64,000 nt of DNA from Oculina patagonica (taxonomy: Eukaryota), in NCBI RefSeq assembly GCF_052425735.1, contig NC_135763.1, positions 14,322,001 through 14,386,000 of the forward strand, read 5' to 3'. Positions 60,217-64,000 of this stretch are shown here, piece by piece. A program made the position numbers and the translations under genes. Within the stretch, counting starts at the first letter, position 1; each line of letters opens with the position of its first letter. The notes beneath the pieces are model-generated. The model was given only the letters and a program-made list of their open reading frames with translations. It searched no databases and was not told where the DNA came from.

Positions 60217-61238
60217 AGCAGGCGCAAATAAACAATAATCTCTCAAAAAGTAATTTTATTCCCTTATTGTCCTGGCTCGATCAAAGCTATTTATGCAAAC
60301 TTATGAAGGTAACCATCCGGCCTCATTAGCAATGTTGGTCATCGTTTGGGGCATATTCTGTTCTTGTAAACCAAACTGAGTTTTTTGTAAATTCAGGTCG
60401 AAATTTTTTATAAGGATTCAGATGAAGGGGTAACAATAAGGTGAGCGAATTATACACCATTTGGACAATATTTTATCAATTTTTTTACAGCAATAACCCC
60501 AGCCTGGTTTGCATGTTCTGAATGCCATATGTAAGAATGTATAGTACTGTGAATAGTGTAGGGAAAAGTAAAAGTTCATGAATTTTGCATATCAAATGAG
60601 TACATTTGCTGCCAAGAAAAGGCATTGTGCACACAGAAAGTGGATATTGGCTAGGAACAGACATCAATCTGGAAACACAGCAAAATTTCATGATGACTGT
60701 GCAATCTCAAGAGAACAGTAGAATAACGTGGGGTGAACAGAAGTGTGTGAAAGAAAATTCGGATACATCACAAAAAAGGAACAAATATCACTGCTATTTC
60801 ACCCAAATATTTCATCCGTTAAGGCTCCAAAGGCAACACAAATTGAATTGCGATAAAATAAAATAAGTAAGATGAGGTAAAGTAAGGCAAAGTAAGATAA
60901 GAATCCTTTAGGTAGTCACGATTTATTTTCAAATACAACAAAAATAGCAAAAAATATTAAAACATTAATACTAATTTTAAAAATAGCAAAAATTGCTAAA
61001 ACAGTCTATACCAATATAATTCAAAATGCGTCATAGTCAACGGCTTCGTTTCAATTGATATTGTTCTTTAATTGCACAGCGACAGGTGTGTGCACAATAC
61101 AAACAATCATATATTAGACCTTTCTTATTGCTTAATGCTTCTTGCGTGCTCAATTTGTAAAATAACTGATTCTACGGCCAACGGTAACAAACTTTAACAC
61201 GTTCTTAAATACTCTTTGCCTTGTTTTATTAGTTCAAT

Positions 61239-62213
61239 ATGTACCATAATTGTTCCATAAACTGCCAAGAAAAGCAAGGGATTATTCAAGATAACAATTC
61301 TTGCTACCATTTTCCGGTATTTTTGGCTGAAAATATTCCACAGAAACTCATCGTGTCTAACTGCATAATTAACATTCTACTTTTAGTAACAGCAACTATT
61401 GGAAACACTTTGGTTTTATCTGTAGTATGGAAGACGCCTTCTCTTCGCTCTCCATCGATTGTCCTGCTCTGTGGACTCGCATCAACTGATCTTGTTGTTG
61501 GTTTTGTCGTTCAGCCACTCTTCCTTTCCATGGAACTGTTGCTTCTCCTCTCAAACTCGGCAGAGTATCATTGCGATTTGGGAAAAGCGTATATCGTCCT
61601 TTCCTATACAGTGTGCAGTTCATCTTTGATGACAGTAACAGCCATTAGCCTAGATAGGTTATTGGCACTTTGGTATCACCTAAGATATGCCAGTATTGTT
61701 ACTGTTCCACGAGCCATCTATGTCATGACACTAAACTGGCTGATAAGTGGATTTATGGCAAGTCTTGTACTCTGGAGTGGAAACACCGTGTTTCCTGTTG
61801 TGATGGCCGTAGGAGTTGCCATCTGCCTTTGCTTGTCTACGTTCGCTCATCTAAAACTATATCTCGCTGTTCGTCGCCATCAACAACAAATACATGCACA
61901 AGTTGAAGCGGTACAAGTTAAAAATTGTTTCAACGTGGCACATTTCAAAAGGAAAGCTGTCAACGCTTTTGTGATTCATTACTTTTTGCTCCTTTGCTTT
62001 ACTCCACTTTTCATTAACTTTTTACTGAGTAGTAACAGAGACATAATTTATTCAGTGTTACCGAAGAAGGCCCACAGAGCTATATCATGGAAATTAACAA
62101 CCACTATAGTCTTCTTGAATTCTTCTGTAAATCCTTTAATTTACTGTTGGCGTCTTCGAGAAATGCGGGTGGCCGTTAAAAAGGCTTTGAAGGAGATTTT
62201 CTGTGGGAAGTGA
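61239..62213 (+). CDS. Class A GPCR, second family, paralog of the 48195 gene, 324 aa
   Basis: Same length and motifs (GN, LASTD, LDRL, CFTP, FLNSSVNPLIY; ends FCGK*); acceptor ctttgccttgttttattag| at 61232. Confidence 0.92.
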   Translation: MYHNCSINCQEKQGIIQDNNSCYHFPVFLAENIPQKLIVSNCIINILLLVTATIGNTLVLSVVWKTPSLRSPSIVLLCGLASTDLVVGFVVQPLFLSMELLLLLSNSAEYHCDLGKAYIVLSYTVCSSSLMTVTAISLDRLLALWYHLRYASIVTVPRAIYVMTLNWLISGFMASLVLWSGNTVFPVVMAVGVAICLCLSTFAHLKLYLAVRRHQQQIHAQVEAVQVKNCFNVAHFKRKAVNAFVIHYFLLLCFTPLFINFLLSSNRDIIYSVLPKKAHRAISWKLTTTIVFLNSSVNPLIYCWRLREMRVAVKKALKEIFCGK

Positions 62214-62525
62214 CATCGTTCCCTCAGGAAAAAGGATTTTCTACGCCGAATTTCAGGTTTTGACATTTTTGGGCTTTTCAAGCTTTCTTTGCAAGATTTA
62301 AATTAAAGAAAAAGCTTGCCTATGTTTTCTTAAGAATGACCTTTTAAACATTAACATTATTTGTAATTTATCTTAGTCAAAGTCACCATTTACGAGGTGG
62401 TTACGATCAGAATTGGTAAAATGATCATGACCACTTTTTAAAAAAACTGTTCCAAGTTCTCAGAAAACAAGAACTTCTAATGGTGGTAATGAATTTTACC
62501 ACTACTTTGGGTAACTGCTCTTAAA

Positions 62526-62667
62526 GTGCCTCTTTTCACCCAGGTGTATAAATGGAAACAGGCTTATTTAAGTTTGCGGGGGTAACCCTACGTTGGACTA
62601 GCATCCCATCCTGTAGGGAGTATCTCCAGCAGTATTGGCCAGTTGGCCCGACGCAGACTTTGCCTTG
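62526..62667 (+). mobile_element. SINE body/3' fragment (CORE-like segment)
   Basis: AGTGCCTCTTTTCACCCAGGTGTATAAATGG..GGGGGTAACCCT..TGGACTAGCATCCCATCC..GCAGACTTT; recognised from memory as a common invertebrate SINE pattern; head absent. Confidence 0.5.
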
Positions 62668-63867
62668 CCGCTGCTGATATGAGCAACCTTGTTTACGACT
62701 TGGCGACTGTTCACAATAGTTTCAATGTGCAGTAACCCGGCAAAGCTGTCTGAATGCGCGATTGGGAGTGATAGAGACGTACATTTGTTAAGTATCTGAG
62801 AACTTTAATAGAGTAATAGAGTCCTTGTTCGTGAGCTTAAGCATTTTGGCTTGAGATCTAAGGCGAGGGCGGGGTATTGTACAACACATGTAGTCTAAAG
62901 CACGAACAATTTTCGCTTATTGTTGAAGATAAACTTATATAGACAGTGATAGTTCCAGCTACACGAAGTTTACTCTTTAGTATTTTTCTTGCAATTTATA
63001 GAATTATCTCGCAAAATAGAAAACAACGAGGGGTGAACGGAATTCAAAGTGGGTGAAAGAAACGTCGGATAGATCACAAAAAAGGAACAAATATCAGTGC
63101 TCTTACACCCAAACACATGATCTTGAAGGCGCTAAAAGAAACACTATTTTTGAGATAAAATAAAATAAGAAAAGAAAAGATTGTTGTGCGTTATACCTTA
63201 ATCTTTATTGCGTGTTCTTTGCAATGGTTTTTGTAAATTTGTTAATAATAATCGTCCAAACATTTTAGCAATGTTAGTCATCATTTTGTAGAGTACCTTT
63301 CCGTCTTGCATCGTGTATTTTGAAATTTCAGCTGAAAAGAACGTCACGTTTTGAATGCAAAACTAACAGTGAAGTCAGCGAATGTGCATGACTTCAATCT
63401 TGTGGTCTCTCTCGTTTTTAAATGGATTATGTTATACCGTAACGACAGCCGGTCTCAAATCTATTTTAGCCCGCGAAATGAGGCACATGTGCACGCCGAA
63501 TCAATACTAATGGAGGGCGTCTTAAAAGTTCAGTTTTCGCTAAAATTAGCCGATTTTGCATGCTCTAAATACTATTCGCCGTGTAGAAAAAAGAACACTT
63601 TACGTTTAGAATTTACTTATTTGCATCAAGAAGGCAAATATTAGCAAAGCAGAGACGTCAATCTAGAAACACATTAGCAAATGGCAACTGTGCAATCTAT
63701 GGAATTGTGTCATTAAATGGTAAACACATACATGTACAAGGAGTGAACGAAAATTAATTAGGTCTTACTGAAGGTTACAATGTTTTTAACACGTTCTTTG
63801 GATAACTTTACTTCGAATAACGAAATCAACTGATCGTTTTTAAGTTTAACTTAATTTCAGACGAAAC

Positions 63868-64000
63868 ATGATGCACAATATTAAAATGGTATTCAAAATG
63901 AATGCCAGTACCAACAACCCAACAGTGTTTTTACTCAACTTTTTAAAGTCGAATATGCTTGAAGTGACAAACAGACAAGTTATGTCGGTCATTTTGTTAG
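63868..64000 (+). CDS. Possible N-terminus of a further gene (candidate GPCR), truncated by the window end
   Basis: Acceptor ttaacttaatttcag| at 63860, ATG at 63868, stop-free to the edge: MMHNIKMVFKMNASTNNPTVFLLNFLKSNMLEVTNRQVMSVILL (NAS sequon). The upstream DNA shares blocks with the upstream region of the 61239 gene. Confidence 0.35.
   Translation, partial: MMHNIKMVFKMNASTNNPTVFLLNFLKSNMLEVTNRQVMSVILL

Noticed and set aside
1-64000. CRISPR array, prokaryotic operon or intact transposase/integrase
   Set aside because: No regularly spaced repeat-spacer array, no operon-like gene density and no DDE, YR or HUH ORF; spliceosomal introns indicate a eukaryote.

Overview
AT-rich, intron-containing, repeat-dense animal DNA; the gene content and repeat style suggest an anthozoan (stony coral-like) genome, which is inference only. 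Genes: (1) three tandem class-A GPCR paralogs at 10.0, 17.8 and 28.8 kb on +. Each has a phase-2 intron just after TM7, an adenosine-receptor-like TM7 (LTHLNSMxNPxIY), no TM3-ECL2 disulfide and a PDZ-type C-terminus. (2) A second family of single-coding-exon class-A GPCRs (48.2 and 61.2 kb), a 5'-only pseudogene copy (50.9 kb) and a possible further gene starting at 63.87 kb. (3) An intronless TspanC8-type tetraspanin on - (52.0-52.9 kb). (4) Two in-frame spliced exons of an unidentified minus-strand gene at the left edge. The most unusual material is non-coding and mobile: a 6.3-kb ORF-less element with the A1...B1-A2-B2 split-direct-repeat layout of tyrosine-recombinase retrotransposons and a CCTTTA core at both ends and at the internal junction (41.3-47.6 kb); an 8.9-kb nest of inverted-repeat elements enclosing a Penelope-type palindrome with a hammerhead ribozyme motif (32.2-41.1 kb); 39-41-bp TAG..CTA mini-elements with perfect 9-bp TSDs; and several sequence-unrelated hairpin elements sharing tandem GA/GA mismatches and GNA-type loops. 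Also present: a 5'-truncated LINE, a 5S-derived fragment, SINE-like pieces and many MITEs. No CRISPR or prokaryotic system is evident. All calls are by eye; no database searches were run.
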